Positions 13,854 through 27,282 of a DNA stretch of 64,000 nt are shown piece by piece; the stretch's first letter is position 1, and the number at the start of each line of letters is the position of its first letter. The DNA comes from Octopus sinensis (lineage: Eukaryota): NCBI RefSeq assembly GCF_006345805.1, contig NC_043010.1:41168001-41232000 (forward strand), given 5' to 3'. Position numbers and translations under genes: made by a program. The notes beneath the pieces are model-generated. The model ran no database searches, had not been told where the DNA came from, and worked only from the letters and a program-made list of their open reading frames with translations.

Positions 13854-15642
13854 AATTGGCAATCATACCAGTGGCATATAAATGCATCCTAGTGTCACAT
13901 AAATGGCACCCGTGCCAGAGGCACATGAAAGCACCTATTACACTCTCGGAGTGGTTGGTGTTAGGAAGGGCATCCAGCTGTAGAAAACCATTCCAAATCA
14001 GACTGGAGTTTTGTGCAGCCTTCCAGCATGTCAGCCCAGTCAAACCGTCCAACCCATGCCAGTATGGACAACAGACATTAAATGATGATGATGGTGGTTA
14101 TGGTGATGATGATGATGATTGCTTCAGTCCACTCAGCTTGCAAAAATGAACTGACCCTGTATTTCAAAAGGGCCAGCCTTGTCACACCCTGAGTCATACT
14201 GAATCCTCTTGTGAACTACATTGTCTGTGGAGTGCTCAGCTACTTACATGTTAATTTCACAAACAGGCTGTTCTGTGAATCAGATCATATGGAACCCTCA
14301 TTGTTGTAACCATGTGTGATTAAGGTTGGTGTAAAAGGCCAGTTTAAATGTTAAAGACTTTTTGCATCACAGATCGAAAGCAGTTTCAGATGAGTTGGTA
14401 TCAAAAGAGTTAAACAAAAGTCAAAAAAATAACAGCAGTCATTACTTCAAATTTGTTAAACTAACAAATTTGTTAAACTAACAAAATTCTTTTATTTTCT
14501 GGATGGTTCCTCTCTGACCACTCATTGGGACTCCTACAGTTCACCTTCTTTCATGCTTTAATTCAAAATTCCTCTCTTCCCACATACACCTACTCAAATC
14601 TCACTTTAACTTTTCAGCTGTTCCATTTTTCGTTTTTCTTTTTTTCTTTTTTTTTTTTTACCAAATTCTTTAAATTCTGCCACAGACAGAATTTCTGCTA
14701 TTTCCTCTTAGCAAAAAAAAAAAAAAAAAAAACCTATTGAGCTGAAATTTTGTCCGTTCTGCAAGAAGACTGTGTTTATTTATTCATCTCTTGTGTTAAG
14801 TTTATGCCATGGTCTGGTCTTGAAGTGTCTTTTTGTGACTGACACTAATTGACTGTATTTGTTTATGTTTGTCTATTATTTATTACTTCTTCTTCATCTC
14901 TTTGATTGTCTACTTAGTCATCAGCATCATCAGCAGCAGCAGCAGTGACATCATCAGTCACCGTCAACATTAGTTCAATGGCTGTAGTTTATTTCCATGC
15001 TATCATCACATCCATCACTAACACTAACAGCACCAACCTACTTATTTTGTTCCTCTCCCCATCCCTCCACCATCATCATTTTAAAGTGCTCCTTTTCAAT
15101 GCTAGCATTGGTCATTATTAACAGCATCATCATTATCCTCAGCATCAACATCATCAGGATCGTCCTATATCATCATTATCAACACCCACATTATCATCCT
15201 CACTGCCGCTACCACCACCACCTTCATAAACACCATCACTATCACCATCACAGGAAATGACTGGAAATAAATCTTATTTATTTATTTGTAGGGAAGGAAC
15301 AGGGAGGGGTTTATTTTATTTATTTTTATATCAATTTATTTCTGGACTTTTTTGAATTCAAATCTTCAACAGGTATTAATATAATTACACACACACACAC
15401 ACATGCATATCTTAATTCAGGAGACATCAAACTTTTTCAACCATTGACCCCCTTTAGCCACTTCTCCTTCCACATCGACCACCTGCCTCATTTAAAATAT
15501 CTTAATACTCTACCCTACCCTACCATATCTTAAATTTGTACCAGGTACTGATGCTGGCAATTAAAATGTTAGCTAAAATATACATGTACAACAAATTAAG
15601 AAATTCTATTGAAGATGGCACACTTTTTACATTTGCTAAGAG

Positions 15643-16010
15643 CACCATCCGAGCGTGATCGTTGCCAGAGCAGTTAACTGGCTTCCGTGCCGGTGGCATG
15701 TAGGAGGCACCATTCGAGTGGGATCGTTACCAGCATCGCCTTACTGGCACCTGTGCCATTGGCATGTGTAAAAAAATTCAAGCGCGGTCGTTGCCAGTAC
15801 CACCAGACTGGCCTCAGTGCCGGTGGCATGTAAAAGCACCCACTACACTCTCGGAGTGGTTGGCATTAGGAACGGCATCCAGCTGTACAAACTCTGCCAG
15901 ATCAAGACTGGAGCCTGGTGCAGCCATCTGGTTTGCCAGCCCACAGTCAAACCATCCAACCCATGCTAGCATGGAAAGCGGACGTTAAATGACGACGATG
16001 ATGATGATGA
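15643..16010 (+). mobile_element. 3' UTR-only copy of the RTE family, (GAT)n tail
   Basis: Same modules as 12050-12460, ending GGACGTTAAATGACGACGATGATGAT. Confidence 0.85.
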
Positions 16011-16179
16011 AAACTATGTGAAGGGGTATATAGTGTTAAACTTTGAATTTTTATGAAACTGTTTTCGTGGTTAGAAAACGTGAAAAGCGCATCATATTGT
16101 TAGAATATCTTTTATTGAAATTGACAACATCAATGTAAGGGATTGCAAGCTACCTACCTACCCATTTACTTAAATGATA

Positions 16180-16690
16180 ATATTATAATAATGAAATTAT
16201 TGTATACAGTGCTCAGGTGCACCACAACTTGTCAAAAGTGCATATAAAGTATATGCAGTAATGTACAAATGTCTGGAAAGCGAACAGTGTATGAGTCAGA
16301 TACATGCTTGTGTGTGTATGGAGGTGGGGAAATCAGGTGTAGTGTTGGCGAATCTCAGGAAGCATGGAAGCTTTGAAGGATGCAGTGCTCCGACAACTAA
16401 CAACTGATGCCGGCAGTCTGTTCCATGCTTCAGCAACTCTTAGCGTGAAAAAATGGTTCCGAAAGTCATGGGAGCTGTGCTGTTTTCTGACTTTGTAAAC
16501 ATGTCCACAGGTGTTAGACAGGTGGTGTTTGAAAAGGTGCTCAGAGTTATTGTTTGTAAGATGGTTAATAATTTTATGGGTGTCTGCCAAGACAGTTGCC
16601 AGACGTCGGAGTTTCAATGTATCCATGCCCAGGGAAGTAAGGCGTTCAGAATATGGCAAATGGTCTTTTGCACACCAACCCCCATTTGAC
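16180..16690 (-). mobile_element. CR1-clade LINE 3' end
   Basis: LPYSERLTSLGMDTLKLRRL...FFTLRVAEAWNRLP..VV..STASFK is the typical CR1 C-terminus; (ATT)-type tail; second copy at 29838. Confidence 0.88.
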
Positions 16691-16779
16691 CATTTGGCTA
16701 TCATTGACCTCCTGTAATTCCTAACCGACCCCTATCTTAATTCAACTGCATGTCAGGAAATGGAAACTAAGTCTTCTGA

Positions 16780-17245
16780 GATTCTCACCTGTAATTCACC
16801 AGTATAAAATCTGGGGAGAGGCTGTTGTTATTACAGAGGGAGGTGCTGCTTTCTAGTGTGTTTACCAAAAGGTGGTCGGCAGACTGGTGAGACTGAATGG
16901 AACTACTCTGAATATGCTTTCCTAGACAGAAGGAAAGAAACTAGAAGAGGGCACTTCCCCATACCTTAGAGATGGCAGAATAATCCGGGATTTTTGTGTA
17001 GAGTTTACCACAGATTACCCTAAGTGGACTGCCCCACTATCAGGAATTCTATTTATTTATATATTTCTTATCTATTTCTCTACTTTCTATTATATATCCT
17101 CTGTTATATCCTTTAATGCAGTAGTATCCCACTTTGATTGATGTTAACCCCACATGTTTTTGTTTTTGTAATTTTTTTTGTGCTGTAGCTCATCCTTTTA
17201 TATTGTCCTCCATGTCTTGGAGCCTTGTGGCCAATAAAAGAAATC
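16780..17245 (+). mobile_element. Tx1/L1-clade LINE 3' remnant
   Basis: QREVLLSSVFTKRW / RLVRLNGTTL-stop, similar to 20330-20570; T-rich 3' UTR ending AATAAAAGAAAT. Confidence 0.5.
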
Positions 17246-17296
17246 ATTATTATTGTTATCATATTATTATTATTATAATTATTATTATCATCATCA

Positions 17297-17346
<50 letters not shown>

Positions 17347-17348
17347 CA

Positions 17349-17698
17349 GTAGTTTTATTTTTATAGCATGCTTTCACTTCACTACCGAGCGCAGCTCTGT
17401 GTGCCTTGGGTATGTGCTGTGGTTTGTTGTGGTGCTCTGATGGTTACTGTATTGAAAGTGTTTTGCGTAGGATGTGTGCAGTGCCCAGTAGTGCAATTTT
17501 CTGTATGTTATATGTGTTTGTAAGTCCTGGTGTTTTTGTTATGTATTTGTCTGAATATTTTTATATCATACCTAATGCGCCTACTATGATCGGAATTGTT
17601 TCTGTTTTTAGATTCCACATTCCAGTTACCTCTATTTCCAGGTCTTTGTATTTTGAAAGTTTCTCCATTTCTTTTAGAGACACATTGTCATCTGCTGG
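17349..17698 (-). mobile_element. R4/Dong-clade LINE 3' end embedded in (ATT)n
   Basis: PADDNVSLKEMEKLSKYKDLEIEV...KTETIPIIVGALGMI then (frameshift) IQKIALLGTAHILRKTLSIQ-stop, the end of a restriction-like endonuclease domain; (ATT)n on both sides. Confidence 0.8.
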
Positions 17699-17800
17699 TA
17701 TTATTATTATAATTATTATTATTATTATTATTATTATTATTGTTATTATTATTATCATTATTATTATATTATCATTATTATTATTATTATCATTATTATT

Positions 17801-17842
<42 letters not shown>

Positions 17843-18237
17843 TTTATCATTATATAAGGTTTCATTGAGTGCAGCACCCCAGGTATATTCACAGAGCCTT
17901 TGAGACTGGGGAGAGAAAAGGGAGGAAAAGCCATGACTCATTCGTTGCTGTAGTTAAGAAGTAAAATGCCTCAAGACATCCAATAAATCAAATGCTTGCA
18001 ACAGAGTAGGATTCTCTAAAGGAACCCAAAAGCTAAGGCATGGTGGTGGTGGTGGTAAACTAGATGATGGATCAAGTCTACCATCCAAGGACAGCTAATG
18101 TCCTTCCCACAGACATCCATATTATTTCTATCCACCCAATTTAATTCACAAGCTACCTACTTACCCATTTACTTACTCTCTCTCTCTCTCTCTCTCTCTT
18201 GTTATATATATATATATGAATTTTATATATATATATG

Positions 18238-18274
<37 letters not shown>

Positions 18275-18300
18275 TATATACATATATACATATGTATATT

Positions 18301-18900
18301 CTTTTATTCTTTTATTTGAGTCATTTGACTGCAGCCATGCTAGAGCACCACCTTTAATCAAGCAAATCAACCCCAGAACTTATTCTTTGTAAGCCTTGTA
18401 CTTATTCTATCGCTCTCTTTTGCTGAACTGCTAATTTACAAGGATGTAAACACACCAGCATTGGTTGTCAGGTGATGTTAGGGAGACAAACACAGACACA
18501 CAAACATACACAAACACATGCATGTACATATATATATATATATGACGGGCTTCTTTCAGTTTTCATCTTTTTTACTTGCTTCAGTCATTTGACTGTGGCC
18601 ATGCTGGAGCACCGCCTTTAATCGAGCAAATCGACTCCAGGACTTATTCTTTGTAACCCTAGTACTTATTCTATCAGTCTCTTTTGCCAAACCACTAAGT
18701 TACAGGGACGTAAACACACCAGCATCTGTTGTCAAGCGATGATGGGGGGACAAACGCAGACACACAAACATATACACACACACACATATATATATATACA
18801 TATATACGACAGGCTTCTTTCAGTTTCCATCTACCAAATCCACTCACAAGGCTTTAGTCGGCCGGAGGCTATAGTAGAAGACACTTGCCCAAGGTGCCAC
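18301..18900 (-). mobile_element. Two tandem partial SINE-B copies
   Basis: The 3' half of SINE-B occurs twice (18301-18562 and 18569-18900). Confidence 0.8.
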
Positions 18901-19061
18901 ACACACACACACACACACATGCACAAATGTAAATGTTAATGTTAAAGTAGTTAGATTCTAAAGTTGTAAACAATAACAAGCAATTAAAGAAAAATAAAAG
19001 GACTTGTAACAGAGTCAAAATTTTTTTATACTTCGATAAAGTTATTTGGATTATTATTATT

Positions 19062-19205
19062 CATTACTTTTATGTTTATCACGTTTTTATTGCACTACTG
19101 AACATGGCTCTGCGTGCCTTAGGTATGGGCAGCAGTTTGTTTTTGTGCTGTTTATTTTCACTGTATTGATGTGTGTGGTGCCTAGTAGTGCTATTTTCTG
19201 TATGT
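19062..19205 (-). mobile_element. Short, old R4/Dong 3' fragment in (ATT/TAA)n
   Basis: Homologous to 17370-17510 (GTGCCTAGTAGTGCTATTTTCTGTATG). Confidence 0.6.
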
Positions 19206-20329
19206 TATTATTATTATATAATATAATATAATATAAAATAATATAATATAATATAATATATGTTAAAGAGGAATGTGTACTTCATTCAGTTAATCACTTT
19301 CAAAAAGTTTGCTATTAAGTCATTAACTATAAAACTGAATATTTATCACCTGCAGAAAATCCATAGGTATACACTAGATTAAATGAAGGTTGAGCTAGAG
19401 AAAAATAAATGACATTTGATGCTGAAGTGAATGGATCTACTTGAAATGATTTCCTCTCTTATCAGCAGCTGTTTCAGAGTCAAAAATCTCTGTAGTCTCT
19501 AAGGGCACAGATAAACTCAAAAAAAAGCAGACACTAAGATTTTTTCTTCTTTAATAAAATAATTTCATCCCTAAAATACAGATTTAATCACATTTTTATT
19601 GAAAACAGTTCTGAATGTACTCTTCCAGTCTATTTTAAATATTTTTGTTTATAACAACTGATACATCTATCTTGCTATGTAATGTTATTGTTGTTGCTTA
19701 GCCTCAGGTCAACCCTAATAAAGCAGACCTATAATCAAAAGTATTCTATCCTCGACCATCCCATCTTATTTCCAGATACAATGTATCTAGGACTACATTA
19801 TTCAAAGTGACCTTTTTAGTAAGAACCTAAAGAGATTTAATCAAAAGAACAGGAAGTAGCCCTAATGTTAGCAAGCCCTCTAAGACTGGTGAGACTGATG
19901 TGGTTTGTGTTCAGCTTGAACATGTATCAGGTAAAATATGGAGGAGAATGTGGACATAGGTTTGGAAAAAGTGGTCAGTGTTGGGCCTTTGTAATAAGAC
20001 CCAGTGGAAGTAACTATTGGAGGTGAAGTGAGTCAGTTGGGTGAGCTTGAATGGCACTGTGTAGAGATGGTGTGCAACTCGATAATTCAGAGGAACAGAA
20101 CCTACTGTTAGTAATGGTTCTATGACGAGTCTTCAGTCTGACAACATCTTAAGAGCCATTCATCACTAATGTGGTGGGAGGTGGAGCTAAAAGACAATAA
20201 TAACTTCTATGCTTTACTTACTACTTCTAACCACTAAAGTGATTTTCCCTACTAATTATTTATGTCCCCTGGGTAACAGGCACAACCTCACACATCCTGT
20301 CATCCCATCTGAGCAACCGTACGGGGTTT

Positions 20330-20810
20330 TATCACATGGAAATTTTTTAGCTCGAGCTCTCTTTCTCTGTGGCGAAAGAAGTAGTATGGAAGACGAGAGT
20401 GAAAGGAATTGCAACAGGCATGTTCATCTCCAGTCTCGAGCTAATCGACTTTTTCGTTTTCCACATGAAACGGAAAATAAGGCTGGAGAAGAAATGCCTG
20501 TCGCAAAGTGTGTTTCGTAAAAGATGGAAGTCTATAGCAAGTATGTTGCGAGTGAAAGAACCTGTTTAAACGAGAATGTAAAATAGGAGAAAGCAAAGTC
20601 TTTAGTGTGAGTATGTGGTTTGTGGGGTCAACCGCCTCCTCCGCTTCCTATTTTGTTAATCACTCATTCTCATTTAATTGTATATATTTTAATTGTTTGT
20701 TTATTCATACGTTTGTCTCATTCGATACCCTGACCCCAACGTTTGTTTTGTCTGCCCCCCCCCCCGTATTGTACCCTCTTTTTCTCAACCTTATGGTGAA
20801 TAAAGAAATA
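20330..20810 (+). mobile_element. Tx1/L1-clade LINE 3' end
   Basis: VAKEVVWKTRVKG...FFVFHMKRKIRLEKKCLSQSVFRKRW..-stop, T-rich UTR and AATAAAGAAATA end. Confidence 0.6.
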
Positions 20811-20842
<32 letters not shown>

Positions 20843-22189
20843 CTCCACTAAATCTAAATTTAATGTAATCCACTATTTTCTTATCAGCAATGTATGTATA
20901 CAACAAGACTGGACAATTTACTCTTAGGAAAGTTGAGTTTAGAGGGCCTATTTGATGCACAGGGGTGGCTATTTTTTGTTTTTGCTTTCAATTTTCTTTT
21001 CATCACGCATGCTGTCTTAATTACAACTTAAGCTAGGTCTACACTGCCTGGTATTCTCTTATCATGGAGAAAGTGGGGGAAAGAGGAGGAAATGAAGGAA
21101 AAGAGATCAGGAAAAAAGAAAAAACAGAACAAAAGAAACAGAAGAAATGGAAAAAATGTGGAGAAAGTCAGATGTGAATTAGAACAGTTTTGAACATGCC
21201 ACTTAAATACTGAACTCAAACTGTATTCAGAAAGTGAATACCTTGGATTATGGAGAATACATTTCAAAAGTTTCACTTCCTACTTTGAAAAAAATAATGT
21301 TAACAAAGGTGTTACCGTTGTTGCTGTTGTTATCTAAGTCCTGATCAGACTTGTTCCAGCTGGCCTATAGATAGCTCATGAAAGAAATAGGTGTGATTTA
21401 TAGATTTAGCGTTCCAGATATGCTATGTCTCTATCTAAGACAGGAATTCACAATGCAGTGTGGCAGTCTAGATGTGTTGCATTTAATCCACTATTTTCTC
21501 CTCTAGGAGTGTACGGGATGTCCAGGGAAGGATAACACCTCTGATGGAAGCACTTATGTTCTTTGCTATGGGAACAAGTCGTCACTTTGGTCTCTGCCTA
21601 GTACCTATTTCTCACCTGTAACTCCATGAAGCTGCAGCAAGCACAGTGGCCTACACCTTGGAAAACTGTTTCAATAAGTGAACTAAAAGTGTGGATAACT
21701 GCTGAACCACAAAACCTCAATAAGTTAGAGTTTGTTTATTTGAGTTTGTGAAGACTGACACCAGTTGACCAAGGAAATAAGAACAGTGTGACTCTGACAG
21801 TCAAATAAAATTCCAGCAAGTATTATGGAATGTTAACAGCACAATGAGACACTATAGAAATCCTGGTCATCCACTGCATCCAGACATAACTTCAGCCATC
21901 TTGACCTTTGATAGCCACTGGATCAAAACAGGGGTGCACATGTGAGTGAAGCTGACACTGCACTATTCTCCTTCACTTCAATCTAATTCACACATACATC
22001 ATTGTGTCACATAATGCCACAATCATCATTTTATGGATGAATGGACAAGATTAATATCTTCCTGAATATCTATTACTGTTTAACCCCAAGTCGGCTTTGA
22101 TCTAACAAAAATATGATCAAAGGAATTCTATTGATAATCACTCCATCTTTTCAGACACAGGTTATCTCACATTATTGAGTGTTCCAAGG

Positions 22190-22635
22190 GCAGCCAGCAG
22201 GCAGAATCGTTAGCATGCCAGGTGAAATGCTTAGCAGTATTTTGTCTGCTACGTTCTGAGTTCAAATTCCGGCGAGGTCGACTTTGCCTTTCATCCATTC
22301 AGGTTTGATAAATTAAGTACCACTTTCTTTACTGCCCACAAGGGGCTAAACACAGAGGGGACAAACAAGGACAGACAAATGGATTAAGTCGATTACATCG
22401 ACCCCAGTGTATAACTAGTACTTAATTTATCGACCCCGAAAGGATGAAAGGCAAAGTCGACCTCGGCGGAATTTGAATTCAGAACGTAACGGCAGACGAA
22501 ATACCGCTAAGCATTTTGCCCGGCATGCTAACGTTTCTGCCAGCTCGTCACCTTGATAAATTAAGTACCAGTGAAATTCTAGGGTCGATGTAATCAACTA
22601 GTCCACTCCCACAAAATTTCAGGCCTTGTGCCTAC
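22190..22635. mobile_element. Minus-strand SINE-A (22323-22552) nested in an older plus-strand SINE-A variant
   Basis: 18-bp TSD TTGATAAATTAAGTACCA at 22305-22322 and 22553-22570. Confidence 0.9.
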
Positions 22636-23655
22636 AGTAGAAAGTATTATTGAATATGTCATAATCATCCTCCTCCTCGTTACCATCATTCTTATGTCCA
22701 CTTTTCCATGCTGTCATGGGTCTGATGGAATTTGTTGAAACTGATTTTCTAAAGCCAGATACCCTTCTTGCCACAAGCCCTCACTCATTTCCAAGCAAGA
22801 TAATATTTTCCCATGGCCTGATATGTTTCCAGGGAAGACTGGAAATGAATGACACTGCTTCAATGACAGTGCTGACACAACTACCAAACAATGCCAAGAA
22901 GAGGCACACAGATACATATAAAGTATACATATACAACAAGCCTCCTTCAGTTTCTATCTACCAAATCCACTTACAAGGCTTTGGTTAGCCCAGGGCTATT
23001 GTAGAAAATACTTGTCCAAGGTGCCATGAAGTGGAACTGAACCCAAAACCACATGGTTGAGAAGCAAACATCTTAACTACATAGCCAGATCCTTTTTTTT
23101 TTTTTTTCGGAAGTGATAAGTAGGATGAGCTACCCAACAGAGGGTACTTTATTGACACATCTTGTATACCACCTGCAACTTACAGTCATGGATACAACAG
23201 AGTTAGGCGAGGTGGTCTCAGTTGGAGCATGACAGTCCTTGTATTTATCCATGACAGAGTAAATCCCAGTACATCAGAAGCTGATGATATCATCAATGCA
23301 GCACAAATTTTATGTGCATGTTGGTGCTTTAACATTTGTCTGAACCAAGAAGAATGCACAGTGTTCTTAGAATGGTATAATGAAGATGTTGGATAATTGG
23401 GGTCACTGGACATGGTGTGACTGGAAATACATGTGTTACAGCTTGCTGCACTAAACTGTGTCCCTTGAGTATTTTTCTTTCAAGTGATGAATTTGTGTGC
23501 AGCCTGTGATGATGTGTAGTGTACTATTGCATGTTTGTTATAAAGTTCATACTGGATGTAATGTTCTTTTCATAGAAGGCGGCACGTTGGCAGAAACATT
23601 AGCACACCAGGCAAAATGCTTAATGAACATTACCTGGAAACATAGCTGGACTATT

Positions 23656-24263
23656 GTGGCTGTGTGGTAAGTAGCTTGCTTACGAACCACATGGTTCCAG
23701 GTTCAGTCCCACTCCATGGCACCTTGGGCAAGTGTCTTCTACTATAGCCTCGGGCCAACCAAAGCTTTGTGAGTGGATTTGGCAGACGGAAACTGAAAGA
23801 AACCCGTCGTATATATGTATATATATATATATCTATATATATATATATATATCTATATAAAACGACCACCCGGAAGGCCTCCACGACGGTGGAGTTACAA
23901 TTTCAGGGGGACGATTGGGATCACATGGATGAGAAAGGCATGATCCAGAGAGGAGTGGACAGTGTGCTGTGACCAGCGGTGTCAAAGGATGCCTGACGGA
24001 CTGATCGGACAAGGTGATATATATATATATATATATTTATATGTATGTGTGTGTGTATATGTTTCTATGTTTGTGTTTGTCCCCCAACATCGCTTAACAA
24101 CCAGTGCTGGTGTGTTTACATCCCCGTAACTTAGCGGTTCAGCAAAAGAGACAGATAGAATAAGTACTAGGCTTACAAAGAATAAGTCCCGGGGTCGATT
24201 TGCTCAACTAAAGATGGTGCTCCAGCATATTTGCAGTCAAACGATTGAAACAAGTAAAAGAGT
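23656..24263 (+). mobile_element. SINE-B with an RTE 3' fragment (23859-24018) inserted in its (TA)n tract
   Basis: The insert matches the reverse complement of 60562-60730. Confidence 0.85.
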
Positions 24264-25579
24264 ATTGTATAAAGTATTGGACAACCAATTGATGGATAAT
24301 GAGTTCAAATCCATTGCAAGTACTTTGTTCTATCTCTGGATACAGTCATCCTTTTTTTATCATCTTCGTCATATTTATCTCTGATGTCTCTCTGTTACTG
24401 AAAACAACTTTCTTTTCTCCTGTGTTTGGAAATGTCTATGCTGTTACCCAACAGACAGAAATAGTAGCCGAATCTGCATCAAACCATGGCCTGATGACTT
24501 CAAAAAGGGGACAAAATGGATAATGGAGAAGTCAATTACACTGCAGCTAGGGAAAAAAGAAAAGGGATAGTCAGAGTTAAAATTGCCTTTGATCAATCTA
24601 AGCTGACTTGAGGATACACAGCAACAACAATATGGAGAATTACACTACTGTACATACACACACATCTATGTATATATGTGTGTATATGTATGTATATATA
24701 TTTATGTATGTATGTATGTATGTATGTATATATATATATATACACACACATACACATAAATATATAAAATATAAGTATAAATATATATATAAATAAACAT
24801 GTTGTTATACATAAAAACATTAATATCCATACACAACATTAGGCATACACCACACACACACACGCAAACACACACACAAATACACACACCACATGCTGTA
24901 CACACATGTCCTATCTAATAATGAAATCAGTGTTAGTATCTCATCAGAACTAAATATAAACCAGAAAGCTTCTAGCTGAAGCCAAACAATGGTTCCAGAT
25001 TGATGTCAAACAGATGGAAAAGATTTCTGATATGATGAGTTAGCATGCACTCTCTGCTATTCCTGTGTCGGGGTAGAGATATACCAAGGTACTTCAGATG
25101 GTGACCAGGATGGGGGTGGTGCTTTGTTATGGAGGCCAGAGTCAGCAGAAGCAGTATTTGTATACTTAAAGATAACAATAATAATATTAATGGTTTACAA
25201 CATTAAATAATAATGATTTCTACTAAGATAAACGCAACAAACTTGCAGAGAAGGATGTAGCACATTATATTCTACCCTTCACTTCCCAAGAGTAATAATT
25301 TTTTCGGCGATAAGCACAAGGCCTGAAATTCGTGGGGAGGGGGCTTGCCAGATTACATCAACCCCAGCGCTTGACTGGTATTTATTTTATCAACCCTGGG
25401 AGGATGAAAGGTAAAATGAACCTAAAACCAGAAGAAAACCTACTAAGCATTTTAGCCAGCATGCTAATGATTCTGCCAGCTCATCACTTTCCCAATAATA
25501 ATAATTATTCTTTCTACTCTAGGCTCAAGGCCTTGAAAATTTTGGGGTAAGGGGGCTAGTCGATTATATCGACTCCAGT

Positions 25580-26032
25580 GCATAACTGGTACTTATTTAA
25601 TTGCCCCCAAAAGGATGAAAGGCAAAGTCAACCCCGGTAAAATTTGAACTCAGAACATAGCGGCAGGCGGAATACTGCCAAGTATTTCGCCTGGCATGCT
25701 AACAATTCTGCCAGCTCACCACTTTAATGATGGTGCATAACTGGTACTTATTCAATTGCCCCCGAAAAGATGAAAGGCAAAGTCAACCTCAGTGGAATTT
25801 GAACTCAGAACGTAGCGGCAGACGGAATACTGCCAAGTATTTCGCCTGGCATGCTAACGATTCTGCCAGCTCACCACCTTTCAACTGCACAACTGGTACT
25901 TATTCAATTGCCCCCAAAAGGATGAAAGGCAAAGTCAACCTCAGTGGAATTTGAACTCAGAACGTAGCGGCAGACGGAATACTGCCAAGTATTTCACCCG
26001 GCATGCTAACGATTCTGCCAGCTCACCACCTT
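25580..26032 (-). repeat. Tandem triplication of a SINE-A 5' half (period about 152-155 bp)
   Basis: Units start at about 25581, 25736 and 25888 and share private variants (AATTGCCCC, ACTGCCAAGTATTTC). Confidence 0.85.
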
Positions 26033-26286
26033 AATGATAATAATAATAATGATTTCAAATTTTGGCACAAGGTGAGCATCAAACACAGCTGTCCACTTAC
26101 TTCATGGGCCAAGTTAAAAGCAATAATGATTTCCACCATAGACACAAGAGAGATGTAGTCATTTAAATTTACTACACATACACACACCTCCCCTAGCACT
26201 TGACTGGAACTTCAATTTATCAATCCTTGAAGGATGGTCAGCTTCAGCAGTATTTGAACTAAAAATGTAAAGAGATGTAATGGACA

Positions 26287-26512
26287 ACCCTTTTGATATC
26301 AACCCACCTACAGTCCTGGTTTTACACAACAGACTTCCTGTTTAAAACGTTCTAAATTTAAACCTTCCTTCAAAATTTCATGTTACGTTCCAAATGCCAG
26401 TCAATAACAATGAGACTTATTTGACTGAATTCTTCATTATTTTCAAATCTAATTGAAACAAAGACAGTGTATTTTAATAATAATATGGTAACAAAAGGAT
26501 AACTCCATTGCT
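26287..26512. mobile_element. Degenerate piggyBac-like MITE (CCCTTTTG...CAAAAGG ends)
   Basis: Short inverted ends with degenerate TTAA-like flanks; the interior is the reverse complement of about 13160-13320. Confidence 0.4.
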
Positions 26513-26866
26513 GTACAAATTCTACCATCTGGCAAGGAGTCCAAGCTAATGAAGAGCCTGTACGGGGTTGCTCAGCCCTATAGAAGTAACAGCTGAATTT
26601 GTCTCAAATTACACTTTACTATCTATAAAAAAAGAGTGAGAAATACATTGGGGCATTTAATCTGTAATAAATGCAACAAAAAAATGGGATGATGATGGTT
26701 GAAATTCTTTTAACCAAAGATCTGCACAATCAGGGCTGAGCCACATCTAAACAACAATAACAACACATCACTTAGTTTAACGAACATTACTTGGAAACAG
26801 CTGGCTTTAACAGAGGATACTCTGTTGCAAGCATGTAGGTCAGGTCTCCCGTTAGAGGGAATCTTC

Positions 26867-27282
26867 GGATCTTTTCGGTTTGAACGGCAGTTTTTTTAAA
26901 TAATTCCCACGTAACTAAACACTTTTAAACTTCGAATACTGGTAGAATGTGTTTATAAAACATCTTTTTCTCTTGGCTTTATTGAAAAAATTCTATAGTT
27001 TGTAAGATATTTGTTGTTTTTTTTTCTTCAATTTCTGCAATTTCAACCAATCAATGACGTCTGTTGAGGTAAAAAAAAACATTCTGTGCCATATGAATAT
27101 GTCTCTTGTTTAAGAAACAGATTGGGTTTATTTACATTTGTGAAGAAAAAAAGATACCCTTCCCCCCATCCCTAACCCTAAAACAGATTGAAATGCAATA
27201 GATCGATACTAGGGTCATAATTATGGGTGACAATTTCATATGACACCGTTAGAAAAAACTGCAGTTCAAACTAAAAAGATCC
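26867..27282. mobile_element. MITE family 1, copy A (416 bp; TIR GGATCTTTTCGGTTTGAACGGCAG)
   Basis: Perfect 8-bp TSD GAATCTTC at 26859-26866 and 27283-27290. Confidence 0.93.
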
